From: an uncultured Candidatus Poseidoniales archaeon
GTDB taxonomy: Archaea; Thermoplasmatota; Poseidoniia; Poseidoniales; Thalassarchaeaceae
Assembly (NCBI GenBank): GCA_964608795.1
Contig: CAZSPJ010000002.1
Coordinates: 1-33,292 of the forward strand
Reading direction: 5' to 3'
DNA: 33,292 nt
Shown here one piece after another: positions 10,465 to 18,662 of the stretch; within the stretch, counting starts at the first letter, position 1, and the number at the start of each line of letters is the position of its first letter. A model generated the notes under the pieces. It did no database searches, was not told the DNA's origin, and saw nothing but the letters and a program-made list of their open reading frames with translations. Both the position numbers and the translations under genes were made by a program.

Positions 10465-11196
10465 TTAGTCCAGTCTGCCGCCTTGTTTGACCAGGGTCAG
10501 TACTTCTGATGGCGTCGCCATTACCACCGCATCGCACATCCCAACGAACAGACCTACCTCGACGACCCCCTCGACTGAGAGGATTAGCTGTTCCAGTTGG
10601 TCGGGCTCAAAGATGGTGGGGCCAAACTCGCAGTCGAGGATGTAACCTCCATTGTCGGTCAAATAAGGCGTCTGGCCTCCGCGCAGACTTACCGGACCGG
10701 GGCAGATTGTGTCCAGCTCGTCGCGCACCCTCTCCCAGTCATCGGTGCCGACCTCAAGAGGCAGGTCGAATCCCCCAAGGACGGGTACCTGCTTGCTGTC
10801 ATCCGCCACCACGACCATGGCTCTGGAAGCCGCGGCCACCCTCTTCTCCCGAGTGAGAGCACCGCCGCCGCCTTTGATGAGTTGGAAATCCGGGTCGAAC
10901 TCGTCCGCCCCGTCTATCGTCAGGTCGAGCTCGCCAGCCTCTTCGAGGGAGAGAAGCGGGATCCCGAGGCTCTCTGCCAGATGCCTCGTCGCCTCGCTGG
11001 TCGGCACCCCGATGACCTCTAGCGCCTCCTCGGCGATCCTGCGTCCGATCTCCAGTACCGTGTAACGCACCGTAGAGCCGGTCCCGAGGCCGAGTCTCAT
11101 GCCGCTGCTGACGAACGAGCAGGCAGCGATGCCGGCCTCGCGCTTGAGTGCCTCGACCTCGTCCACGTTGCGCGCTGGAGGTGCCCCGCGCATCAT
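10465..11196 (-). CDS. rpiA: Ribose-5-phosphate isomerase A
   Basis: RpiA motifs are GLGTGSTVRY, IDGADEFD and KGGGGALTREK. The ORF track extends it to 11517, but that extra 107 aa runs antisense across the RNase P RNA gene. The first plausible start is the ATG pair at 11196/11193 (MMRGAPPARNVDEVEALK...), giving about 243 aa, the normal RpiA size. Confidence 0.85.
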   Translation of the reverse strand: MMRGAPPARNVDEVEALKREAGIAACSFVSSGMRLGLGTGSTVRYTVLEIGRRIAEEALEVIGVPTSEATRHLAESLGIPLLSLEEAGELDLTIDGADEFDPDFQLIKGGGGALTREKRVAAASRAMVVVADDSKQVPVLGGFDLPLEVGTDDWERVRDELDTICPGPVSLRGGQTPYLTDNGGYILDCEFGPTIFEPDQLEQLILSVEGVVEVGLFVGMCDAVVMATPSEVLTLVKQGGRLD

Positions 11197-11275
11197 GGTT
11201 TCCGCATGCGTTCGGAGTCGGAATAGGCAAATTATGCGACCGAGGGGTTCATGCGAGGCACCAGCACCCGTGGGT

Positions 11276-11575
11276 GCGAGGGAGCAGGAGGGTTGCTGAC
11301 AGTGTACGACACTGAGGAAAGTCCCCTCTCCGCGATGCAGGTGGTCCGACGCAAGTCGGAGGTCCGGGAGGGCCGGCTCTGCAACAGAAACGAACCGCGC
11401 CAGGCGCACTGTGAACCCGCAAGGGGGAGGTTTCCTGACCGCGGCTGGAACGAGCATCCCCGCCGGAGCAAGTCCAAGCAGGTCCGCAAGGCATCGACAG
11501 GACCGGGTAGGATGCATAGTTGAATGCGACCAGCCGAAAGGTGAACAGAAAGGGGCTTACTCCCTGCACCCTCGC
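11276..11575 (+). ncRNA. rnpB: RNase P RNA (type-A-like); ends approximate
   Basis: Universal CR-I/P4 5' strand GAGGAAAGTCC is at 11314-11324. CR-V/P4 3' strand ACAGAAAGGGGCTTAC is at 11545-11560, and AAGTCC pairs with GGGCTT. The terminal P1/P2 helix pairs GCGAGGG-A-GCAGG (11276-11288) with CCTGC-A-CCCTCGC (11563-11575). The P3 hairpin is CAGTG-TACGA-CACTG. Three GCAA (GNRA) tetraloop hairpins are present, for example TCCGAC-GCAA-GTCGGA at 11345-11360. A GGGTAGGATGC element precedes the P15-like hairpin. The region has no credible coding content. Confidence 0.8.
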
Positions 11576-11599
11576 CCAACTGCATGGCGACAGCGTTCG

Positions 11600-14500
11600 C
11601 TACTCGATGACTGCGTCGAGCACGGTCTCGGTCGCCACGACCCCGCTCTGCTCGTAGTCGAGCCAGGACTCGCCTCTGGTAATTCTATGGCCGAACTCGT
11701 GGTAGGCGACTATCATCGCCGGCAGCAGTATTGAGCTGGTCAGCAGGGCTAGGATGAGCAGCAGCATCATCAGCACGAAGAAGTTCTGCAGCCCGGGTAT
11801 GGCTACGAACAACCCGGCCGAGAGGCCGGCACAGGTCGTGGCGGTGGTCTCGAAGATTGTCTGGCCTGTCCTCGCCACGGACTTGACGATGCCAGCGGGG
11901 GTCTCACCCTCGTCTTTGATCCGATCGACGATGTGTATGGAGTCATCCACCCCTATGCCGAAGACGATTGTACCGACCATGGCGGTGAAGAAGTTGACGT
12001 TGACTCCACCGCTGCGCATCAGCAACGGCTGCCACACCACCACAACACCTACTGCGACCATGGTGAAGAACGCCAGTCGGGGGGAGCGGAACAGGAAGGC
12101 CATGGCGATGAGCAGTATCAGCATCGTAGCGATGGTGGTCTCGGACTGCGCCTCGTGTACCCCATCGTTGACGTCGATGGAGACTGGAAGGCCCCCTGTC
12201 AGCAGCGAGTTGAAGACCTGCTGGACGCCGAGACCCTGACAGGTCCAAGCCGAGCCTCCACATCCTGCAGATCCCCTTAGGAAGCCGTCTATGGCATCGC
12301 GCAGCGAACTCGCGTCTGCTAGATTGATGTAGGGTTGGTTCACATACACTAGGGTCTTGGTCTCGCCAGTGCCCTGATCGGCGTTCATCAGCATCGAGCG
12401 GACCTCGGGAGAGAGGGTATCGAAGGCCACGTTGACCATGTCCTCGCGGCTGGTCGCCGCGTAGGCCCAGCAGTCCGGGCGCAAGGGATTAGTTGATTCG
12501 TCCCAGCACTCGTCGTGCAAAAGTTCCCACAGGCTCCGATCGTAGATTTCCAAGTCGCCTAGCTCTACATCCACATGTATGGATTTCAAGATAGTGACCA
12601 TACTAATCGTAGTGGTGTTGGCGACCTGATCTATCTTGTCGACCTGCATGATTTCTATGGCGTCTAATATCGGCAGGTCTCGAATCGGTGCGGTCTCGTT
12701 CTGGGCCCCCCTCTGTGTGGCGTCCACGATGAACATGTTAGTCTGCCCGCCATCGAAGACGTAGCTGTACTCCCTCAGGGTCTCGTAGGACTCGAGACCA
12801 GGAGGAACCTCCTCAGACGCACCGGTTATTCCCTTGCCCAACTCTTCCTTCAGTATGTAGCCCCCCCAGGCTGTGAAGAAGATGGTAACCAGTATTACCA
12901 GAACAGTGGCCTTGATTGGAATCTCTCCGACCTTCTCCCACAGTGCGTCGAATGCCTTGAACTGGACCTTTCTGTACCTCAGCAACTGTACCAGTGCAGG
13001 TACCATCAGCATTGAGAGAACGAAAGTCGTCGATATGCCCAGTAGCAGCGTCGTCCCGACGGTCCTCATCGGCTCTATCGGCACTAGGCTGGGCCACCTG
13101 AGTACGCTGAAACCGATAATCGTGGTCAACGCGGACAGGAAGATTGCGTGTCCGGTGGTGAGCACCGCCCTAACTGTCGCTGTCAGGCTGATATGGGGGT
13201 CCCACGGGTCGATATCCTCGGTCTGGAAGCCGTCCCTCTGGGCTGACCACGCCATCTCGAGACGCTCCTCTATCAGCTCAACTCTGTTTTCCTCAATCCT
13301 ATTGGTCAGATGCAGGGCGTAGTCCACACCTAACCCGACTAGTATGGGGCCGACCGAGATGATCATCGGAGTGAGCATGATGTCGGCGATGACGGTGATG
13401 CCGAATGTTATCGCTAGGCTCATCAGAATAGGGGCGCCGCAGATGATGATGACCTTGGGGTTGCGGTGCAGCAGCAGCATGGCCAGTGAAACCAGCACTA
13501 CGCTGATGGGGAGCATCCTGTCCACCAGTTCGATGTAGATCGCGTCAGAGATGTCGTGCACCACCGGAGTCAGCCCGGTGATGGTGATGGCCTTGCGGTT
13601 GTCTGTCGAGGTGAACTCATCCATCGTCGAGGTCGGTGTGCTGTAGATTCTGTGGCAGAGCTGACAGTCCGAGGGGTCGGACTTCTCGTAGATTAGTAGC
13701 TCGGCATGCTCGATGAAGGCCTTGTGATCCCTCAGGATGGAATCGGAGTTCTTAGGATCCTCTCGAGGAGTGATTGCAGTGTCGGTCATGTCGAACTTTA
13801 GGCCAATAATAATCACAGCGGTGTCCCAGATTCCGTCGCCCTGGGTGTCCCTGACGAAGCTGGAGAGCAGCGGCTCCGCATCCTCAACGAAACGGTCTAT
13901 CCTCTCTTGGGCTCCCTCGCCCTCGGGGATTGAGTAGCCCTCGAACGGATTCAGTGACGATACCAAGCAGTCCTCTCCGTCACCGGTGGGCAGCGCATGC
14001 TTCTCCATGGCGCAGTTGAAGCGGTAGCTGGACGAATTCGCCTCCTTGATAATCTGCGCTGGAGAGAGCACCCACACGACGCCGTCTATGCCCCCTCTGT
14101 CCTCCTTGTTGTAGTCGAGTCCTGACTGGTAACCGCCTATCCCTCGATTCTGATCGTCACCCTCGAGCCACGAGATCTGTTTGAGTATCTCCACGCTGGT
14201 GATGTTCTCCGTTCCCCTGTGACTAGGGTCGTCGATTGCGTTGTCGGTCTGCACATAGAGAATGAAGATGTCAGTCGACCACTGCTCCCTTACCTGTTGC
14301 AATAGAACGGTGGAGTCGGCCCCGTCGGGCAGGTAGATTTCGACGTCGCCGTTGATTTGATGCTCGAACTCCATGGCGTCCCGGCCGATTGCCGTGGTTA
14401 CGATGAGTAGCACGATGACGATTGCAGCCGGGCTACGGAGTATTGACGAGTAGATCAGCTCGACCGTCCTGCGAGTGGTGGCCTCGGCGGCGTCGCCGAT

Positions 14501-14692
14501 GTCGTCGACCAGTTGGGCCATGGTGTCTAGACCCTCGCCGACGAAACTGCCTGCGAAGCCCTCACGAGCGCCGTCAAAGGTCTCCTTGAGCGGCTTTAGT
14601 CCCTCAAAGAAGCCGTCCCAGAACGCGGCCTCGTCGTCACGGTCGTCTCCATCTGTGATGGAGTATTTGTCCTCCGGCTCGACTTGCGCCAC
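11600..14692 (-). CDS. RND-superfamily exporter, COG1033/MMPL (sterol-sensing-domain-like) type, 12-TM with two large extracytoplasmic domains
   Basis: 1030-aa ORF with two hydrophobic six-helix bundles, each followed or preceded by a large soluble loop. Bundle signatures are GLGVDYALHLTNR and GIGVDDSIHIVDR, which are the MMPL/HpnN-type GxGxD(Y/D)xxH motifs. Confidence 0.85.
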   Translation of the reverse strand: MAQVEPEDKYSITDGDDRDDEAAFWDGFFEGLKPLKETFDGAREGFAGSFVGEGLDTMAQLVDDIGDAAEATTRRTVELIYSSILRSPAAIVIVLLIVTTAIGRDAMEFEHQINGDVEIYLPDGADSTVLLQQVREQWSTDIFILYVQTDNAIDDPSHRGTENITSVEILKQISWLEGDDQNRGIGGYQSGLDYNKEDRGGIDGVVWVLSPAQIIKEANSSSYRFNCAMEKHALPTGDGEDCLVSSLNPFEGYSIPEGEGAQERIDRFVEDAEPLLSSFVRDTQGDGIWDTAVIIIGLKFDMTDTAITPREDPKNSDSILRDHKAFIEHAELLIYEKSDPSDCQLCHRIYSTPTSTMDEFTSTDNRKAITITGLTPVVHDISDAIYIELVDRMLPISVVLVSLAMLLLHRNPKVIIICGAPILMSLAITFGITVIADIMLTPMIISVGPILVGLGVDYALHLTNRIEENRVELIEERLEMAWSAQRDGFQTEDIDPWDPHISLTATVRAVLTTGHAIFLSALTTIIGFSVLRWPSLVPIEPMRTVGTTLLLGISTTFVLSMLMVPALVQLLRYRKVQFKAFDALWEKVGEIPIKATVLVILVTIFFTAWGGYILKEELGKGITGASEEVPPGLESYETLREYSYVFDGGQTNMFIVDATQRGAQNETAPIRDLPILDAIEIMQVDKIDQVANTTTISMVTILKSIHVDVELGDLEIYDRSLWELLHDECWDESTNPLRPDCWAYAATSREDMVNVAFDTLSPEVRSMLMNADQGTGETKTLVYVNQPYINLADASSLRDAIDGFLRGSAGCGGSAWTCQGLGVQQVFNSLLTGGLPVSIDVNDGVHEAQSETTIATMLILLIAMAFLFRSPRLAFFTMVAVGVVVVWQPLLMRSGGVNVNFFTAMVGTIVFGIGVDDSIHIVDRIKDEGETPAGIVKSVARTGQTIFETTATTCAGLSAGLFVAIPGLQNFFVLMMLLLILALLTSSILLPAMIVAYHEFGHRITRGESWLDYEQSGVVATETVLDAVIE

Positions 14693-14808
14693 GGGATGGG
14701 GCCTCCACGGGAGCCAAATGAAGCGTTCGCATCGGCTCCTCGCGGGAGGCGTGTTCAGACAGTGACAATCGAATCCCTGAAAGTGAATGAGCCTCCCGGC
14801 GGGATTGA

Positions 14809-15486
14809 ATGGCCAGGAGAAGGAGGGTCGCGGCCCCCAAGGGCAGGGATGATGATGTCAGACCGATGGCGGCTCTGGTGACCTTCGGTGTTTCCAGTAT
14901 TGTCCTGATGGCGGTGATGCTGCTGGCACCCATGGTCAAGGTGGGTCCCTCGGAGGGCGAATTGGCTCCCGACTTCTCAGCTCAGGCTTACAGCGGTGGG
15001 CAGTGGGAGGACTTCCGTCTGTCCGATTTGTTCAACAAGAGCTGGGCGCCTAGTGGAGATGGCAACTGGATATTGGTGCAGTACATTGACACTGATTGCC
15101 CGTACTGCTGGAGCGAGGGCGAACTGATGAGCCAGTTGCACTCTCAATGGAATCAGGAGGTTACCTTCGTCACCGTCGTGGTGGAACTCGGAATCCCAGG
15201 TCACGGCAGCAGTAGAGATGAAGTGGAGGCATTCAGAGATAAGACCCCCTACGATGGCTGCAAGACTGACTCGAACTGTGCGGACAGGCCCGGAAACCCT
15301 CACTCATGGGCCTACATCGACGACCTGAATTCGAGGACGAGTGGGGACTGGGAACTGCCCGGAACGCCGTTCGCCGCGCTACTTCAGCCTGATGGAGTAG
15401 TGGCTTGGAACCCGCAGCAGCCGGGCAACCACCCCGATGGAGAGGAGATGGAAGGCGCTCTGCAGCGTCTGGTAGGTGGTTCTTGA
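14809..15486 (+). CDS. Membrane-anchored thioredoxin-fold thiol:disulfide oxidoreductase (TlpA/ResA-like), CPYC active site
   Basis: 225-aa ORF with N-terminal anchor MAALVTFGVSSIVLMAVMLLAPMV. A redoxin-like APDF lead-in is followed by YIDTDCPYCWSE (CxxC). An extra Cys pair is present (DGCKTDSNCAD). The stop TGA (15484-15486) overlaps the ATG of the next gene. Confidence 0.75.
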   Translation: MARRRRVAAPKGRDDDVRPMAALVTFGVSSIVLMAVMLLAPMVKVGPSEGELAPDFSAQAYSGGQWEDFRLSDLFNKSWAPSGDGNWILVQYIDTDCPYCWSEGELMSQLHSQWNQEVTFVTVVVELGIPGHGSSRDEVEAFRDKTPYDGCKTDSNCADRPGNPHSWAYIDDLNSRTSGDWELPGTPFAALLQPDGVVAWNPQQPGNHPDGEEMEGALQRLVGGS

Positions 15487-16052
15487 TGGCTTTCGACGCC
15501 CCCATGATGGTCTTCATCGCTGGGCTGGCTATCGGCTCGATTCTGGCCCTGCAAGCTAGGTCGAAGGAAGGTGAGGAGGGCACTAGGGCGACGCTCGATT
15601 CAGGCTTGGCGTTCTCAGTTGTCGGACTGATGTCCTCGGGCTGGACCTATGCCATCCACAACTCACTGCTTGATTCAGGCGAGTCCAGCATGTGCGCCTC
15701 CGAGGGGCTCGTCCAGTGTGGTTCGGTTATTGGCGATCCACGATGGAACAACCTCTTCGGCATCCCATGGGGAGTCACTGGCCTGCTCTCGTTCAGCTTG
15801 CTGTTCTTCCTCTTCCTATCACTGCGGATGGATATGCACGCGAAGTGGGCCGAGTCGTTCACCACCTACTCGTTACTTGCAGGGCTCGCCGGACTGCCCT
15901 TCGTCGCCTTCCTAGTTTTCGTGGAGTTGACCCAGGTCGAAGGCGCCCCTCACATCTGCCCATTCTGCACGGTCGCTCACTTGTCCCTGATAGGATTCCT
16001 CGTCGTCGCCCACGCACTTCGGGGACGCAAGCAGAGTGGCATGTGGGCCTGA
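15486..16052 (+). CDS. Vitamin K epoxide reductase (VKOR) family membrane protein
   Basis: The start is taken at ATG 15486 (MAFDAPMMVFIAGLAIG...), because the ORF-track start 15405 overlaps the upstream gene. Features are a loop Cys pair with VKOR spacing CASEGLVQC (C-x7-C), the conserved loop RWNNLFGIPWGV, the redox-centre CPFC in the last TM (HICPFCTVAHL), and 4-5 hydrophobic helices. Confidence 0.8.
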   Translation: MAFDAPMMVFIAGLAIGSILALQARSKEGEEGTRATLDSGLAFSVVGLMSSGWTYAIHNSLLDSGESSMCASEGLVQCGSVIGDPRWNNLFGIPWGVTGLLSFSLLFFLFLSLRMDMHAKWAESFTTYSLLAGLAGLPFVAFLVFVELTQVEGAPHICPFCTVAHLSLIGFLVVAHALRGRKQSGMWA

Positions 16053-16107
16053 TTCGCAGTCGACGACGACCCGATGGACTCAAGGCTGACCCTAGGGTCG
16101 CGCGGCC

Positions 16108-17049
16108 ATGGAACTAGTGACCGGAGGAGCCGGGTTCATCGGTTCCCATCTAGTTGACTCATTGGTATCCCAGGGCAAGCGAGTACGTGTGCTCGACAAC
16201 TTCAGCAGCGGGCGCGAGGAGTTTCTCTCCCACCACGCGAGCTCAGGGATGGTGGAGATTGTGAGGGGGGATCTGCTCGATCTCGAGTCCGTAATGTCTG
16301 CTATGGAGGGAGTGGACACGGTCCACCACATGGCCGCCAACCCTGACATCAGGCTGGGCACCTCAGTGACCGATACCGATCTCAGGCAAGGCACGATAGC
16401 GACCTACAACGTCCTAGAGTCCATGCGTCTGGAAGGAGTTGGAAGGATCTCATTCTCCTCGTCCTCGGCAGTGTACGGGGAGGCTTCCCAGATGCCGACG
16501 CCCGAGACCTACGGTCCGATAAAGCCGATATCGCTCTATGGGGCTTCCAAACTCGCCTCGGAGGCCCTCATCACCGCTTGGTGCGGCACCTTCGGCGCCA
16601 AGTCGTGGATCCACAGGTTCGCTAACATCGTCGGCCCGAGGGGGACTCACGGCGTCATCTACGACTTCATACACAAGCTCAAGGCCGACCCGTCTCGACT
16701 GGAGGTCCTAGGCAACGGCCATCAGGAGAAATCGTACATGTCGGCCGAGGACTGCGTCAGCGCAATGCTGCACCTAGTTGACGGCGTCGACGCTGATGTC
16801 AACCTGTACAACCTCGGAACCGGGGACACCTGCTCGGTTAGAAGAATCGCGGAGATAGTGGTCGAGGAGAGTGGTTTGGAAGGAGTCTCGATAGAGTACA
16901 CCGGAGGGGAGCGCGGCTGGGCCGGAGACGTTCCGAAGACAGCCCTCGATGTCGAGTCGCTGTTCTCCACAGGATTCTCGCCCGGGATGCAGTCGGAGCA
17001 GGCCATCAGGCACACTGCGCAGGCGCTGATAGACGAGATTGGCCTGTGA
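16108..17049 (+). CDS. NAD-dependent nucleoside-diphosphate-sugar epimerase/dehydratase (extended SDR)
   Basis: 313-aa ORF with VTGGAGFIGSHLVD (GxxGxxG) and the catalytic YGASKLASE (YxxxK). The overall length is typical of the UDP-glucose 4-epimerase / UDP-glucuronate decarboxylase family. Substrate is not determinable by eye. Confidence 0.85.
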   Translation: MELVTGGAGFIGSHLVDSLVSQGKRVRVLDNFSSGREEFLSHHASSGMVEIVRGDLLDLESVMSAMEGVDTVHHMAANPDIRLGTSVTDTDLRQGTIATYNVLESMRLEGVGRISFSSSSAVYGEASQMPTPETYGPIKPISLYGASKLASEALITAWCGTFGAKSWIHRFANIVGPRGTHGVIYDFIHKLKADPSRLEVLGNGHQEKSYMSAEDCVSAMLHLVDGVDADVNLYNLGTGDTCSVRRIAEIVVEESGLEGVSIEYTGGERGWAGDVPKTALDVESLFSTGFSPGMQSEQAIRHTAQALIDEIGL

Positions 17050-17098
17050 GCTTTCTCGGGCGAGCCCATTTCATAACCCCGTGACCCGAGGACTCGAT

Positions 17099-17848
17099 AT
17101 GAGCAAGCGCTGGTACCAAGACAACAGGCGCGACGCCTGGAGGAGGATAGCGCGCTCGAAGGGGTATCGCACGCGCTCGGCCTACAAACTCAAGCAGATC
17201 CAAGAGCGCTTCGGCATCATCCGCAAAGGAGATGCCGTGCTCGATGTGGGGTGCCATCCCGGGGGATGGGCTCAGGTGGCCGTCGAAGAGGTCGGAGAAG
17301 GAGGATTGGTAATCGGGGTGGATCTGTTGGCGACATCTCCAGTCGACGGTGCTAGCATCATCATCGGCGACATCACCGAGGAGGACACGATTGCACGGAT
17401 TAGGCAGACGCTGGGTGAGTGTGAGCTGAATGTTGTGGTTAGTGACATCTCACCTAATCTGACTGGGCGCTACGACACCGATCAGACGATTTCACTTGAG
17501 CTTGCAACTCTGGTCCTCGATGCGGCAATGGAGTTCATCCCTCCGGGGGGCAGCTTCGTTACGAAAATCTTCCAGGGCGTGGGTATAGAGGGCCTAGTCG
17601 CGGCCGCTCGGGATCGCTTCTCCAATGTCCAGAGGTACTCGCCCACAGCAAGTCGTAGTGCCTCCTCAGAAACCTATCTGATCTGTCAGAACAGACTGCC
17701 TCGGGCTCGGGGGCAGGCCCAGAGGAAGAGCGCATCGGAGCAGGTGCAGGGTCACTTGTCCGAACTGGGGATTGTCGTCGATGAAGATCCTGAAGAAGTG
17801 GAGTCGAAGGTCGGTTTCAGACGCATTCAGAAGCGTGAGGAAGAGTGA
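17099..17848 (+). CDS. rlmE: 23S rRNA (uridine-2'-O)-methyltransferase RlmE/FtsJ
   Basis: The start is taken at ATG 17099 (MSKRWYQDNRRDAW...), preceded by AGGA. The ORF-track start 17039 overlaps the epimerase. Motifs are RSAYKLKQIQERFGIIRKGDAVLDVGCHPGGWAQV (SAM-binding), VVSDISPNLTG and FVTKIFQG. Confidence 0.85.
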   Translation: MSKRWYQDNRRDAWRRIARSKGYRTRSAYKLKQIQERFGIIRKGDAVLDVGCHPGGWAQVAVEEVGEGGLVIGVDLLATSPVDGASIIIGDITEEDTIARIRQTLGECELNVVVSDISPNLTGRYDTDQTISLELATLVLDAAMEFIPPGGSFVTKIFQGVGIEGLVAAARDRFSNVQRYSPTASRSASSETYLICQNRLPRARGQAQRKSASEQVQGHLSELGIVVDEDPEEVESKVGFRRIQKREEE

Positions 17849-17888
17849 TCAGTTTCAGACTGACCGTCGTGCCTCTTAGGGGAGCCGA

Positions 17889-18341
17889 TCACTCTGAATC
17901 CCGGTCGTATGGCTCTATGTTCTGCCACTCGGATGCGTCCGACCGGGAAACGACTGCGTGTACCCACTCGGAATCTGAGCAGTTGAATACCTCGTGCGGT
18001 AGGCCCGGCTCGATGTAGAACATGTCGCCCGCGCTATGCACTACCGACTTCCTACAACCCGGACCATACTCGTGACGGACACTGCCCTGCAGCAGGTAGA
18101 CCATTACGTCGAAGCCAACGTGGATATGGGCCTTGGCGACCCCTCCGGGAGGGATGTATGCACGATTCATCGACAGTCCTGTAGAAGGAGTGTTCTTGCC
18201 GGACAGACCAGGTGCGTACTCGATATTGTTCCAGCCTCTAACTTTCTCCAATTGCCTGAGACTCCATATCCCGCCTTCGTCAGTCACGAATTGACTCAAG
18301 TCCACTTGCTCGCCCGTCAGAATTAGCTCCTCCTCGCTCAT
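17889..18341 (-). CDS. Cupin-domain protein
   Basis: 150-aa ORF with cupin motif 1-like GGVAKAHIHVGFDVMVYLLQG and motif 2-like GDMFYIEPGLPHEVFN. Substrate is unknown. Confidence 0.7.
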   Translation of the reverse strand: MSEEELILTGEQVDLSQFVTDEGGIWSLRQLEKVRGWNNIEYAPGLSGKNTPSTGLSMNRAYIPPGGVAKAHIHVGFDVMVYLLQGSVRHEYGPGCRKSVVHSAGDMFYIEPGLPHEVFNCSDSEWVHAVVSRSDASEWQNIEPYDRDSE

Positions 18342-18482
18342 GCTACCACGAGGGCGGAGGACGGCAGTCTGATTTGAAATGTCCTCATCACTCTAATCGG
18401 CCCACTGCAAGGATGTTGTCACCGCTTCCCTCGGTCAACGCTAAAAGGAGAGTGCAGTTCGCCGCGTCACCGAGGAACAGCA

Positions 18483-18650
18483 ATGTCACGAAGAGCAGAG
18501 ATCTGCACGTCATCCGGCCTGCCGCTGGTAGACAGGAAGAGCACTGCCTTCCCCTGCCCCGAATGTGGCCATTCAATTGGGCGAAGTGAGAAGTGCAGGG
18601 TCCAGGCAGTAGACTACATTTGCACTGAATGCGGCTTCCAAGGACCTTGA
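18483..18650 (+). CDS. Small Zn-ribbon protein (COG2888-like, translation-associated), 55 aa; not in the ORF track
   Basis: Hand translation gives MSRRAEICTSSGLPLVDRKSTAFPCPECGHSIGRSEKCRVQAVDYICTECGFQGP followed by TGA at 18648-18650. A GAGGA Shine-Dalgarno-like box lies 6 nt upstream of the ATG. CPEC and CTEC knuckles are present. It sits immediately upstream of aEF-1beta, a gene pair I recall as conserved in archaea. Confidence 0.6.
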   Translation: MSRRAEICTSSGLPLVDRKSTAFPCPECGHSIGRSEKCRVQAVDYICTECGFQGP

Positions 18651-18662
18651 GGAGGCGTGTGA

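Noticed and set aside
11197-11585. N-terminal 107-aa extension of the rpiA ORF and ORFs 11232..11585, 11249..11569, 11251..11523, 11099..11299
   Set aside because: The region encodes RNase P RNA. The extension would make RpiA about 100 aa longer than the family norm, and its sequence (Cys/Arg/Pro-rich) is not protein-like.
16088-16099. Perfect 12-bp palindrome GACCCTAGGGTC 9 nt upstream of the epimerase ATG, considered as a possible operator
   Set aside because: Across about 2 kb of intergenic DNA, one 12-bp palindrome is roughly expected by chance. There is no second copy in the window. It is noted here only.
18374-18589. 71-aa + ORF in the cupin / Zn-ribbon spacer, and minus-strand ORFs 18388..18576 and 18573..18821
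   Set aside because: They have no motifs or ribosome-binding signal. The 55-aa Zn-ribbon frame (18483-18650), with its SD box and conserved context, explains the region better. The minus-strand ORFs are antisense to it and to ef1b.
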